Made by a program: the position numbers and the translations under genes
Origin: Nitrososphaeria archaeon
GTDB lineage: Archaea; Thermoproteota; Nitrososphaeria; Conexivisphaerales; DTJL01
Direction of reading: 5' to 3'
Length of the DNA: 64,000 nucleotides
Assembly (NCBI GenBank): GCA_029775965.1
Contig: JARVJU010000004.1
Coordinates: 26,524-90,523 of the forward strand
The notes under the pieces: model-generated
The model's database searches: none
What the model was told of the DNA's origin: nothing
The model's input: only the letters and a program-made list of their open reading frames with translations
Part shown: positions 17,862-30,787 of the stretch, piece by piece
How positions within the stretch are numbered: position 1 is the stretch's first letter
How the letters are laid out: every line of letters begins with the position of its first letter

Positions 17862-19039
17862 CTGAACAGTTCCTCCAAAAGCATGTCTATGCCAAATATA
17901 CCTATCTTATTCTCATTCTGGAGCTTATTCACAAGCTCATCAGGTAAGCCATCTGCAATATCTCCTCTACCAAAAGGCCCGAATTTTCTTCCATCATACT
18001 CCACCGATTCAATATTTTCGAGAAAGACTCTCGTTTTGCCCACAATTTTTTGTGCAGGAGGCTTCCCAACATCAACCCCTGGGCCGACTATGGTGGGTGA
18101 CCCTTTCAGACCCAGTCTGTTCTCGTCTGCACCTATTTCCTGAGAGCTCCATACTATGGGTTTCAGTGTTCTTCCTTTGAAGTTGTTGCTTCTTACCATA
18201 ATTTGTCTTTTCGGGTCTATAGGTCGTTGGATATATTCATCAGCAATTGTTATAAGCGCCGGAAGCTCCATTCTAACCTTCTGAACAAGGAGCCCAAGTC
18301 TCCTTTCTGTAACTAAAAAGTAATTATCAAAAAAGAAATCTTCTACGTAAGTTGCATGTGGAACTGTTCTGCCGATTAACTCGGAAAGACCCTCGGCAAC
18401 TTGTGGACCAACACTTCCCGTTTCTCCATCAGTTGTTTTAATTCCTGCTATTATAATGAACTTCTGAATTGATTCTTGCTCTGATTGTAGCTGTTTTATA
18501 GCTTCATCTTTAGTGATATAACCATCTACATACCTTTGTATGATGCTGTCCTTGATGGGTTTGAGGTCTGAAAATACGTTGTTCGGGATCAAGTTATCAT
18601 TATAATATTTTTCTGCTTCACTCTTTATCTGATCCTTGGGCTTATCAAGCTTTATCATTTCGATTAACTGATTTATTGGCTTTGTATGCCATCGAACTAT
18701 GGTATTTACCCCGAGTGCGATAGCATATGCTGTGGCTAGTGTATCAGCCCCGGCCATCTTTCTATCGCTAAGAATCACAGATTCCTCTATTCCATAAAGG
18801 TGCTCGAAATATAGTTGCTTAAGAATGGGTGACAGCTTTACTTCCGGGCCCATCGTAAGCCCTATTATCTTCCCTCCAACAGCTTGCTTCACATAACCAG
18901 CTGCCTCAACTGCCTTATAGTCATGAGGGTTCAGTACAAGGTTCATTGATTCCCTGTTAAGTATTCCTGTCACAGTCATAGCTTGGGTGGTTCTCTCTGG
19001 AACTCCTTTGAGCAAGACTATGATAAGCAACTCTTTCAC
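17858..19039 (-). CDS. etfB: electron transfer flavoprotein, beta subunit, unusually long (393 aa)
   Basis: N-terminal LNPHDYKAVEAA..GPE..AGADTLATAYAIA, later AGIKTTDGETGSVGPQVAE and GSPTIV. It carries an internal insertion of about 78 aa and a C-terminal extension of about 75 aa. Confidence 0.8.
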   Translation of the reverse strand: MKELLIIVLLKGVPERTTQAMTVTGILNRESMNLVLNPHDYKAVEAAGYVKQAVGGKIIGLTMGPEVKLSPILKQLYFEHLYGIEESVILSDRKMAGADTLATAYAIALGVNTIVRWHTKPINQLIEMIKLDKPKDQIKSEAEKYYNDNLIPNNVFSDLKPIKDSIIQRYVDGYITKDEAIKQLQSEQESIQKFIIIAGIKTTDGETGSVGPQVAEGLSELIGRTVPHATYVEDFFFDNYFLVTERRLGLLVQKVRMELPALITIADEYIQRPIDPKRQIMVRSNNFKGRTLKPIVWSSQEIGADENRLGLKGSPTIVGPGVDVGKPPAQKIVGKTRVFLENIESVEYDGRKFGPFGRGDIADGLPDELVNKLQNENKIGIFGIDMLLEELFR

Positions 19040-19220
19040 CTATACGGCACCTGCCGAATGGAATGGTTTTAAGGATATTGATGGTAATTTTTGACTTGAC
19101 TGAAGTTTTTACTGTGTCATTTCATTACGTATAGATTCGCATGTTTATGCAGTTATTCGAAAGGAGCGACTTCATCGATCAGAGATTAAGGTTAAGAGGG
19201 GGGAAGAAGTAGATTAAAAC

Positions 19221-20564
19221 ATGGTAAGTTCCATAAGTCAGACAGATAAAACGGCGATCTACTCTGACTTGGCTGCGAAATATCATAGGTATTATAAGGG
19301 AAAGATTGAGATAACACCGAAGTGTCCGGTAAGGACCCTTGATGATTTCTCAATATGGTACACCCCCGGTGTCGCGGAACCATGCAGGAAAATAGCTTCA
19401 AATTCAGACCTGTCGTTTGAGTATACAAACAGGGGAAATCTCATAGCTATAGTAAGTGACGGAACAAGGGTTCTCGGCCTAGGAAAGATAGGGCCAGAGG
19501 CTGGGCTACCTGTGATGGAGGGGAAGGCGCTTATCTACAAATATCTTGGTGGTGTGGATGCGTTCCCACTAGTAATAAGGTCATCATCTGCTGAAGACTT
19601 TATCAATACTGTTCTGAATGTAGAACCTGCGTTTGGTGGTATAAATCTTGAGGACATAGAAGCACCCAAGTGTTTTGCGGTGCTCGAGGGTCTAAGACAA
19701 AAAAGCTCAATACCTGTCTGGCATGATGATCAGCAGGGAACAGCCACCGTTACTACTGCAGCGCTCTTTAATGCACTTGATCTAGTTGGTAAGAAGTTGG
19801 GAGAGGTGTCTGTTGCTGTGATAGGTGCAGGGGCCGCCAGCATAGCTACGGCGAAATTGCTGTCAAAAGCTGGACTGAAGTTAGGCAATGTTGTTATGGT
19901 TGACTCAAAAGGGATACTACATCCTGAGAGAGAAGATGTAGACAAATTTCAGTTCACTAATCCCTGGAAATATGAACTTGCGATTAACACAAATGCAGAA
20001 AGAAAGACTGGCGGTATAAAGGAAGCCTTGCAGGGAGCTGATGTCTGTATAGCTCTTTCTACTCCAGGACCCAATGTGATAAAGAAGGAATGGATTTCTG
20101 CGATGAATGATCAAAGCATAGTATTCGCACTTGCCAATCCAGTTCCGGAAATTTGGCCTTGGGAAGCGACAGAGGCTGGTGCGAAGGTTGTTGCAACAGG
20201 TAGGTCGGACTTTCCAAATCAAGTAAATAATTCACTTATATTTCCTGCTGTTTATAGAGGCACACTCGATGTAAGGTCCAAGGCCATAACAGACGAAATG
20301 TGTCTTGAGGCAGCAAGAGAACTTGCGAAATTTGCAAACGAAAAAGGTTTAAACGAGAAATATATCATCCCTAGCATGGAAGAATGGGAGGTTTTTCCAA
20401 GAGTAGCTGTTGCAGTAGCCACAAAAGCAATGGAGCTTGGTCTCAGCAGGGTGAAGAAGGATAAGAAGACACTTTTGGAGGAAGCAACTTACGTCATCGA
20501 GCGCTCAAGGAAGCAACTTAGCGTGCTGATGAAAGAGGGGATCATCCCCCCAATACAAACTTGA
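19221..20564 (+). CDS. maeA: NAD(P)-dependent malic enzyme (short prokaryotic type)
   Basis: [44 protein letters not shown] and [10 protein letters not shown]. Confidence 0.9.
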   Translation: MVSSISQTDKTAIYSDLAAKYHRYYKGKIEITPKCPVRTLDDFSIWYTPGVAEPCRKIASNSDLSFEYTNRGNLIAIVSDGTRVLGLGKIGPEAGLPVMEGKALIYKYLGGVDAFPLVIRSSSAEDFINTVLNVEPAFGGINLEDIEAPKCFAVLEGLRQKSSIPVWHDDQQGTATVTTAALFNALDLVGKKLGEVSVAVIGAGAASIATAKLLSKAGLKLGNVVMVDSKGILHPEREDVDKFQFTNPWKYELAINTNAERKTGGIKEALQGADVCIALSTPGPNVIKKEWISAMNDQSIVFALANPVPEIWPWEATEAGAKVVATGRSDFPNQVNNSLIFPAVYRGTLDVRSKAITDEMCLEAARELAKFANEKGLNEKYIIPSMEEWEVFPRVAVAVATKAMELGLSRVKKDKKTLLEEATYVIERSRKQLSVLMKEGIIPPIQT

Positions 20565-20596
20565 AGGTGGTAGAGTTGGCAAAGTCATCTATTATC

Positions 20597-21049
20597 ATGA
20601 GAAAGGCGACAGAAAAGGACATATCGTCATTGCTCAAGCTGGTTATAAGGCTAAAGAAATTAAACGAAGAATTTGACCCTCTATTCAAAGTTAGGGACGA
20701 TGCTGATATAGAGGGCGAAAAGTATCTTAGAAGTGCAATCTCGTCTGAGAACTGCCTTGTGGTTGTAGCGGAGGAATCTGGAAGAATAGTAGGTATGGCA
20801 AAAGTAGATATCAAAAACAGAATATTTTACACACCAGCTGTAGAAGGACACATAGTTGATCTGTACATTATGCCAGAATACAGAAGGAAGGCTCTCGGTG
20901 AGAAGATCATAGGGTATATTATCTCAACATTGAAGCAAAGGGTAAACATAATTACTGTTGAGTTTCCTACAGCCAACCAGATAGCTGTAAACTTCTATAC
21001 AAAACTCGGCTTTCGGCCTGTGCTTAGTCATTATGTAAGAGGCGAATAG
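20597..21049 (+). CDS. GNAT family N-acetyltransferase
   Basis: IVDLYIMPEYRRKALGEKII is the acetyl-CoA-binding block. ATG 20597 is preferred over the overlapping TTG at 20561. Confidence 0.7.
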   Translation: MRKATEKDISSLLKLVIRLKKLNEEFDPLFKVRDDADIEGEKYLRSAISSENCLVVVAEESGRIVGMAKVDIKNRIFYTPAVEGHIVDLYIMPEYRRKALGEKIIGYIISTLKQRVNIITVEFPTANQIAVNFYTKLGFRPVLSHYVRGE

Positions 21050-21147
21050 TTACCAAACGATAAAGGGTTTTTCATACTTCCCCTCTTCTCCTGATAAAAT
21101 TTTGCAAATATATATCTAGTTAGCTTCCCTGTACATGGGTGGTGTAA

Positions 21148-22077
21148 ATGATATCCGTTATAGGCGCAGGAAGAGTTGGTGCTACCACAGCAGCACTGCT
21201 GATGCTAGCAGAAGCAGATAGAGAAATCTCCTTGGTCGATATAATTGAGGGTTTACCTCAGGGAGAAGCATTAGACATGAACCATGCAGCCTCAATTTTA
21301 GGCAAGTCTGTAAATGTGCGGGGATCAAATAAGTACGAAGATATACAGGGGAGCGAGATAGTTATAGTGACAGCTGGTCTGGCAAGAAAGCCAGGGATGA
21401 CCAGAGAAGAGCTCGCTGGAAAAAATGCAGAAATAGTTACTGCTGTAGCTGATCAGATAAAGAGATACGCTCCAAACTCCATAGTAATTCTGACAACAAA
21501 CCCTCTAGATGTTATGGTCTTAGTGCTTTATAAGAGACTCAACTTCCCTAAGAGTAGAGTGATAGGATTCAGTGGTGTCCTAGATTCGAGAAGAATGGCT
21601 TACTATGCATCAATGTTTATTGGTGTAGCCCCCTCTTCTATAACCCCTCTTGTGCTGGGGCAGCACGGTGAGAATATGTATCCTGTACCGGAGCTATCCA
21701 TGGTATATGGCAAGAGCCTGAAGAGTTTTCTTACTCAAGAGCAGTATGAAAAGGTTGTCAAAGATACGATAGAAGCTGGAGCTCAGATTACAAATCTGAG
21801 GAAGTTCAGCAGCAATTGGGGACCTGCGGCAGGTCTGCTTCAGATGGTTGAGGCAATAAAAAAAGACAGCAAATCAGTCGTGGAAGCGAGTGCATATCTT
21901 GACGGGGAATACGGTGTAAGAGGGGTATTTGCTGAAGTACCAGTAGTCCTCGGGAAAAAAGGGATAGAGAAGATTATCGAGGTAGAGCTTAGCCAAGATC
22001 AGAAAGCCAAGTTCATGAAGAGTATAGACGCTGTCAAGGCTAATCTAAGACAGGTCCCTGAGTCTTACCTTCTATGA
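21148..22077 (+). CDS. mdh: malate dehydrogenase (LDH-like family)
   Basis: ISVIGAGRVGAT, TAGLARKPGMTREEL, TNPLD and GQHGE. Confidence 0.9.
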   Translation: MISVIGAGRVGATTAALLMLAEADREISLVDIIEGLPQGEALDMNHAASILGKSVNVRGSNKYEDIQGSEIVIVTAGLARKPGMTREELAGKNAEIVTAVADQIKRYAPNSIVILTTNPLDVMVLVLYKRLNFPKSRVIGFSGVLDSRRMAYYASMFIGVAPSSITPLVLGQHGENMYPVPELSMVYGKSLKSFLTQEQYEKVVKDTIEAGAQITNLRKFSSNWGPAAGLLQMVEAIKKDSKSVVEASAYLDGEYGVRGVFAEVPVVLGKKGIEKIIEVELSQDQKAKFMKSIDAVKANLRQVPESYLL

Positions 22078-22351
22078 CGCTCTTCTTGCAGATGCACAAA
22101 GATTAATGTCCATCAGCTGCAATATCGCATGGTAAAATTTGTACCATGTATGTTGTGCATGGTGTAATGGTAAGTTATGTTGTAATTCATACGCTGGAAT
22201 AATGAAGTCTTATCCATCCGACTGAGTATGTCGTATGATAAGACAGTTGTTTCTTTAAGGGATACATATTCTTTGTCCTAAACAATGCCTGACCTTGAAC
22301 TTTCTGTTAATACAGCTAGATATTTATCCCTCTCATTACTGCTATTATATC

Positions 22352-22705
22352 ATGACTTCCATTGAGGTTGAAGATGAAGCTGCAGAAGTGCTTGAACTTA
22401 TCAGGCGAGAAAGAGGTGAACCTTATGTTACGCTTGTCGAAGATGGCTGTTGTGCCTTCAGTAACGTCTTTGTGAGACTAGATATGCCTGATGATAACTT
22501 CATCTATTTAGGAAAGGTGCGTACATTTGATTTCTTCATACGCAAGGATATAGCTCCACTTTATGAGAAGAGCGACATAATACTTCACGCCATACGAAGG
22601 ATCGATGATTCGTTTTCAGCAGAGACTGAATTCGGTTACAAGCTGACTATAGACTACAGCACAATAGGGCATCGTGCACCAACCTTTAGTATTGTAAATA
22701 GTTAA
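22352..22705 (+). CDS. DUF779-like small protein
   Basis: EDGCCAFSN, and later DDSFSAETEFGYKLTI, resemble the GGCCDGS and FSLE..G.RFL blocks of DUF779. Trimmed to ATG 22352. Confidence 0.45.
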   Translation: MTSIEVEDEAAEVLELIRRERGEPYVTLVEDGCCAFSNVFVRLDMPDDNFIYLGKVRTFDFFIRKDIAPLYEKSDIILHAIRRIDDSFSAETEFGYKLTIDYSTIGHRAPTFSIVNS

Positions 22706-22756
22706 AAAAACTGTGCAATATATATAAATAACATAAGGTTTCGACCATTACCAGAA

Positions 22757-25628
<2,872 letters not shown>

Positions 25629-25668
25629 TTAACTCAACTTTTTTAATCAGTCTTGTCTTACTTATAGT

Positions 25669-26922
25669 GTGAGTGTAAACTTCTTTATGAATCCGTTGAT
25701 AGAGTTTTCACAAGAAGAAGAGCTATTTCGGGAAAGTGTCCAAGATTTTGCTTCGAAGAACATATCTCCTGTATGGGAAGCTATGGATCAGGCATCATCA
25801 GAAAGAGCAGTCGTTCACAAAGACATGATATCGAAGCTAGGACAGCAAGGATTGCTAGCTCTTATGTGTAGCCCGAAGCACGGAGGGCAAGGAGCAACTG
25901 AAACTATGGCTACAATAGCTATAGAAGAGCTTGCCTACGCTGACCCCTCAGTTGCAACGGCAGTATACACTCTTCTGAATATAGGCTGGCCATTCATACT
26001 GGAGATGTATGCAAAGGAGGAAGTGTCAGGCACAATAATTGAAAGTGTATCAAGAGGTGAAGCTTTTTTCGGTATAGCCTCTACAGAATCACAAGGAGGT
26101 TCAGACATAGCAAACCTTAAGACCAGAGCATACCAAGAAGGAAATTCATTCAATATCTCTGGTACCAAGTCATTTATAAGCGGTGTGAATGAAGTCTTCA
26201 ACCTAAGCTGGGGTGGAGGGTGGCTTCTTCTTGCTAGGACAGGCGGAGAAGGGTACAAAGGTATCAGCGCATTTGCTGCAATAGCTAGGGAGAATGGAAA
26301 GGAAAAGGCAGGCTTGACACATTCTCTTTTCCACGGGGCAGGAAGGCATGCATTAAGTACAGGATCCATCACATTCGATAAATTTGTTCTACCGAAGAGT
26401 AATCTTGTAGGCCAAGAAGGAAAGGGATTCTATGTCGCAATGGAAGGTTTCAACTGTGCAAGAATACTTGTTGCGGCAGCCTGTGTGGGAGCGACGAGAT
26501 GGCTATTAGAGAAAGCTGCAGAATGGATAAAGGAAAGAGAGATAGGAGGTAAAAGGCTGTCCAGCTACCAGTCTGTTGCCTTCAAGTTCGCCGAGTTGGC
26601 TGGCAAGTATGAAGCTGCGAGAATGATGGTATACAGGGCAGCGAAGCTTTTTGACAAGATTTACATAGCTAAAGATGCAGTGTTCTCGAAGAAAGAACTG
26701 AACGGACCTGTTGCCTTGGCAAAGATGTGGGGCCCGCAGGTGGGACTGGAAGTTGCACAGGAAGTTATGAAGTGGTACGGTGCAGCCAGTTTTGTATCAT
26801 CGCATCCTGTCCAGAGATCTATGCTTGGCTTGCTATCCTATGTCGTTGGTGCGGAAGGAGCACAGAATGTGATGCAACATATAGTTGCGAGAGAGTTGCT
26901 CGGTGGAGACTATATCAGATGA
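25669..26922 (+). CDS. acyl-CoA dehydrogenase
   Basis: FGIASTESQGGSDIANLKT, a C-terminal helical domain and YGAASF..HPVQR. 417 aa. Confidence 0.85.
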   Translation: MSVNFFMNPLIEFSQEEELFRESVQDFASKNISPVWEAMDQASSERAVVHKDMISKLGQQGLLALMCSPKHGGQGATETMATIAIEELAYADPSVATAVYTLLNIGWPFILEMYAKEEVSGTIIESVSRGEAFFGIASTESQGGSDIANLKTRAYQEGNSFNISGTKSFISGVNEVFNLSWGGGWLLLARTGGEGYKGISAFAAIARENGKEKAGLTHSLFHGAGRHALSTGSITFDKFVLPKSNLVGQEGKGFYVAMEGFNCARILVAAACVGATRWLLEKAAEWIKEREIGGKRLSSYQSVAFKFAELAGKYEAARMMVYRAAKLFDKIYIAKDAVFSKKELNGPVALAKMWGPQVGLEVAQEVMKWYGAASFVSSHPVQRSMLGLLSYVVGAEGAQNVMQHIVARELLGGDYIR

Positions 26923-28491
26923 TTACGTGTATATGGATTGTGCTTGCTCGTGCATGAACTGTGGCAGATAAAATATGCTTCCTGCTCCTTTGCCCGTAGA
27001 ACCGCTATGCTTCCAACCTACGAATGGCTGCACACCTACCATGGCTCCCGTTGTAGCCCCTACTGTTCTGTTCGCATATACAACCCCAGCTTGGATATGG
27101 TCAAAGAAGTACTGGATTTCCTTCTGGTCTTCGCTGAATATAGCAGCAGTTAAACCATACTCTACTTCATTTGCTATATCAACAGCTTCTTTAAGATTTT
27201 GAGCTTCAATTACAGCTAGGAATGGCACAAATAATTCTTCCACAGTTACTCTATGCCCTTTTGGCAATCTATCTACTATTGTAGGCTCGACATAGTATCC
27301 ATAGCTCATATAGTCGCCTGTGATTCTTCTTCCTCCTATCAGTATCCTGCCATCCCTCTTTGCATCTTCCACTGCCCTTTCGTACTTCATATACGCTGCC
27401 TCATTTATCACGGGTCCTAGGAAAACTTCCTTATTTCTCGGGTCCCCAATTTTCAACTCAGAGGTTCTCTTCACCAGCCTGTCGAGAAATTCTTCTTTTA
27501 TGCTGCTAAAGACTATAGCTCTTGATGTTGCGCTACATTTTTGACCGCCGAAGCCAAACGCCCCTCTGACTATACCTTCCACTGCTTTCTGCAAGTCAGC
27601 CTTTTCTGTGACTATAGCAGCGTTCTTTCCTCCCATCTCTGAGATGAAGGGTTTTGGTCCGTACCTGCTGAAGTCAGTATAGCCCTTAGAACCAACAGCG
27701 AAGGATCCGGTGAAAGCTATTCCCATGACGAATGGATTTTCGATTATAGGTTGGCCTACAGAAGCACCCGAGCCTGTAAGTACATTCAGAACACCCTCAG
27801 GCAAACCAGCCATATGCATAATCCTGTAAAATTCAAGCGCCATAAGGGGTGCATCGCTGGCTGGTTTCAGTACAACAGTATTTCCAGTTACTAGTGCTCC
27901 CACTGTCATGCCTACTGTTATTGCAAGAGGGAAGTTGAAGGGAGGTATGACACCCCACACACCATAAGGCTTCATCACACCTCTTACCTTTTCACCCGGA
28001 TACACACCTTTGATACTTCTTGAATATCCTTTGTTTCGGATGATTTCAAAGGAATAGTAATTAAGATAGTCTATTGCTTCATCAACATCCCCTACGGCTT
28101 CGAACCTGTTCTTACCGTTATCGAGAGTCATCAGTGCAGCAAGCTTAAATTTCTCACGAGACATTATCTTTGCAGCTTTTACCATTATGGAACTTCTCTT
28201 TCTGTAGTCAGTTACTTTCCACTCATCAAATGCTTTCATAGCCGCTTCTACAGCCATGTCAACGTGTTTCTTTTCGCCCAACTGCAGATAAGCTAGTACA
28301 ATACGGTTATCGATAGGGGAAGTGCGGACAAATTCTCTGTCTCCCTTAACTTCCTCCCCACCTATATAGAGAGGCAGATGTCTACCGAGCTCGCTCTGCA
28401 CTGTATTAAGAGCTTGCTCATATTTCTTGTGAAAATCTTCTTCTTTTTCTTTACTCATTCTCAGATAAGTCGCTTCATTCCTAAATTCCAT
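26923..28491 (-). CDS. aldehyde dehydrogenase, 1-pyrroline-5-carboxylate dehydrogenase-like
   Basis: VIPPFNFPLA, FTGSFAVG, EMGGKNAAIV and GQKCSATSR (catalytic Cys). About 520 aa, the RocA-type length. ATG 28491 is preferred over TTG 28503. Confidence 0.8.
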   Translation of the reverse strand: MEFRNEATYLRMSKEKEEDFHKKYEQALNTVQSELGRHLPLYIGGEEVKGDREFVRTSPIDNRIVLAYLQLGEKKHVDMAVEAAMKAFDEWKVTDYRKRSSIMVKAAKIMSREKFKLAALMTLDNGKNRFEAVGDVDEAIDYLNYYSFEIIRNKGYSRSIKGVYPGEKVRGVMKPYGVWGVIPPFNFPLAITVGMTVGALVTGNTVVLKPASDAPLMALEFYRIMHMAGLPEGVLNVLTGSGASVGQPIIENPFVMGIAFTGSFAVGSKGYTDFSRYGPKPFISEMGGKNAAIVTEKADLQKAVEGIVRGAFGFGGQKCSATSRAIVFSSIKEEFLDRLVKRTSELKIGDPRNKEVFLGPVINEAAYMKYERAVEDAKRDGRILIGGRRITGDYMSYGYYVEPTIVDRLPKGHRVTVEELFVPFLAVIEAQNLKEAVDIANEVEYGLTAAIFSEDQKEIQYFFDHIQAGVVYANRTVGATTGAMVGVQPFVGWKHSGSTGKGAGSIFYLPQFMHEQAQSIYT

Positions 28492-28549
28492 ACTAACCAA
28501 CAAGGCTAAGTAATGTTAAAGGCATATTTTTTGCTTTTGGGAAAAATTG

Positions 28550-29992
28550 TCAAACATCGAAGTACAAATAGAATTCGTAAGGATGAGGTCTCATTTGCAC
28601 CTGCTTGCAGTCATTCATTTCCTTTTCTACTATCGCATCTATTATATCTTCTCCGAAAACTGGCTTTAGGTAATCTTTATCGCACTGAAGCTCTGCTACA
28701 GCCTCTTCAAGGCTAGAAGGTAGCTCCTTTATGCCCAGCTGCCTTCTTCTTTGAGCTGTTAAGTGATATATATTCTCGTTTATAGGTTCACCGCTATCGA
28801 TCTTTTTGTCTATACCATCTAGCCCGGCCATAAGAATAGCAGCGAAGCAGAGATAAGGATTGCAGCTTGGGTCAGGAGCTCTGAATTCAATTCTCTTACT
28901 CTGTGGAGACCCCTTTCTGTACGAGGGAACCCTGACTATCGCACTTCTGTTGCCTTTACTCCAAGCTATGTATGTTGGAGCCTCAAATCCTGGCACTATT
29001 CGCCTGTAAGAATTGACCGTCGGGGCAACAATAGCAGAAAGGCTTCTGCTATGCTCAAGGAGTCCTCCTATGAAGTATCTACAAAGCTGGCTTATCTCCG
29101 CATATTCATCATTCGGGTCGTAAAAGAGGTTTACGTTTTCGAGAGTCTGTACTTGCCCAGGAGGGTCGTTGCTCCAAAGGCTTACGTGCGTATGCATTCC
29201 TGACCCGTTATCCATAGCAACAGGTTTTGCCATCATAGTAGCAACCTTTCCTTTTAAATGCGCCAGATTCTTTGCTACAAATTTAAGAGAAGATATGGCA
29301 TCAGCCATATTTGTCAGTGAGTCTCGCATTATGTTAACCTCCACCTGCCCGGCAGCTGCAACTTCATGGTGATGGGCTTCTACAGGCAGATGGAAATATT
29401 CGAAGAGTATGGAGCTGAGCTCATTTCTGTAGTCCAGCAATGTATCCTGAGGGGAAACAGGATAATATCCTTCTTTAAAGCGTATAGGATACTCACCATC
29501 TTTGCTCCAAGGTGCCTCTTTTGATCTTATCTCATATGATTGCCCTCTGTACGGCTCTAGAACGTCCCAGTTTGCACCGTCTAACACGAAGAATTCAACC
29601 TCTGGTCCCCAGTACGACTTGTAGCCCTTTTCATGAATATATGCTTCAGCTCTCTGTGCTATGTACCGTGGGTCTTTTTCAAACCTGCCCCTTCCCGAGC
29701 TCATGTATATATCACCTATCATTCTGGCCATACGTGTTGAATTTGTGCTCCAAGGGATGAATGCGAATGTATTGGGGTCCGGCCTTACAAGCATATCTGA
29801 ATCCTGTATGTCTGTGAAACCCCTAAGACTAGACCCGTCAACCTTGTCAAAACCACTTTCAAAGCTATCTACACTCAGTTCATACCAAGGAACAGTTACA
29901 TGATTTAGTTTACCCGGCACATCGACCATCTGAAGATCAATGAATTCTATCTTGTTTTTCCTTATGGACTCGATTACATCCTCAGGTGTCAT
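28550..29992 (-). CDS. glnA: glutamine synthetase type I
   Basis: FIDLQMVDVPGK, GSS..GF, GPEVEFF, KPVAMDNGSGMHTHVSLW and NSYRRIVPGFEAP. The start is set at MTPEDV; the 55 upstream codons of the ORF-track call look non-coding. Confidence 0.9.
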   Translation of the reverse strand: MTPEDVIESIRKNKIEFIDLQMVDVPGKLNHVTVPWYELSVDSFESGFDKVDGSSLRGFTDIQDSDMLVRPDPNTFAFIPWSTNSTRMARMIGDIYMSSGRGRFEKDPRYIAQRAEAYIHEKGYKSYWGPEVEFFVLDGANWDVLEPYRGQSYEIRSKEAPWSKDGEYPIRFKEGYYPVSPQDTLLDYRNELSSILFEYFHLPVEAHHHEVAAAGQVEVNIMRDSLTNMADAISSLKFVAKNLAHLKGKVATMMAKPVAMDNGSGMHTHVSLWSNDPPGQVQTLENVNLFYDPNDEYAEISQLCRYFIGGLLEHSRSLSAIVAPTVNSYRRIVPGFEAPTYIAWSKGNRSAIVRVPSYRKGSPQSKRIEFRAPDPSCNPYLCFAAILMAGLDGIDKKIDSGEPINENIYHLTAQRRRQLGIKELPSSLEEAVAELQCDKDYLKPVFGEDIIDAIVEKEMNDCKQVQMRPHPYEFYLYFDV

Positions 29993-30197
29993 CTGGAATT
30001 CTTTGAATCTCCCTTCATCAAGGACGTAGGGCAACTGAATCACCAAACATATAGCAATTGCCGGCTTATATGGACAAATATAAGATTTTCCTTTGGAATA
30101 AAAAACGAACTTACTGGAAAGTTGCAAGAGATTGGCAAAATGTATAGTAAAAATCATTCTTACAGAAGAATCAAGAACAAATGTTCAATAGTAAAAC

Positions 30198-30653
30198 TCA
30201 CAAAAGTCTAAAATCCTCTTTTGCAGAGCTGAGCACCACATGAGTGTTTGTTCTCTCAACAAAGGGAAGAGAAAGAAGGCGTTTTGTGAATGAGCTCAGG
30301 TCTTCTCTCGTTCTGAACTTGGCTATAACGAGGACATCGGTCAAACCTGTTATATCATACACAGCACAGACAAAGGGCCAAGTGGCTATTTCCTTTTCTG
30401 TTTCAAGCAGCTTTCCTTTTGACACAGTAACTTCTGTCACAGCTGTAAGTGTGTAGCCTATAATCTCATGGTTCAATCTTACAGAATAATCAATAATCAC
30501 TCCTGACTTCTCCAGCCTCTGTATTCTTGCTCTTACTGTACCTACAGCTATTCCAAGCTTAGATGCCAGTTTGTGATAACTCTGTCTTGCATCCATAAGC
30601 AACTCATGAAGCAAACCTCTGTCAACATCGTCGAGAGCTATTTGTGAAGCCAT
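30198..30653 (-). CDS. lrp: Lrp/AsnC family transcriptional regulator, immediately upstream of glnA
   Basis: HTH (YHKLASKLGIAVGTVRARIQRL) plus a RAM domain. 151 aa. Confidence 0.85.
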   Translation of the reverse strand: MASQIALDDVDRGLLHELLMDARQSYHKLASKLGIAVGTVRARIQRLEKSGVIIDYSVRLNHEIIGYTLTAVTEVTVSKGKLLETEKEIATWPFVCAVYDITGLTDVLVIAKFRTREDLSSFTKRLLSLPFVERTNTHVVLSSAKEDFRLL

Positions 30654-30787
30654 ATATCAGACTCGAGCGATTATTAGATTTATAAAGAATAAGGTAGAAG
30701 ATAATCGAATTCAGCCAACAAAAATATCACATTAGTTGCTTACTGTATGTCATAACAGTCAGAAGGGAAGAAAATATTGCAATATAG

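Noticed and set aside
22128-22148. Perfect 7-bp inverted repeat CATGGTA-aaatttg-TACCATG, 50 nt downstream of mdh, followed by two ATGTTGT direct repeats.
   Set aside because: It could be a terminator-associated hairpin or a regulator site. However, it is short, AT-rich and unique in the window, which is not enough evidence to call a feature.
25935-26372. 145-aa minus-strand ORF inside the acyl-CoA dehydrogenase gene. Similar long antisense ORFs occur at 49358-49789, 54946-55353 and 46931-47311.
   Set aside because: Each one lies opposite a gene with strong family motifs and has a biased, motif-free composition. I treat them as shadow ORFs.
29993-30157. 55-codon N-terminal extension of the glnA ORF-track call.
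   Set aside because: Glutamine synthetase homology starts at MTPEDVIESI. The upstream sequence is hydrophobic, looks like junk, and covers what should be the promoter region.
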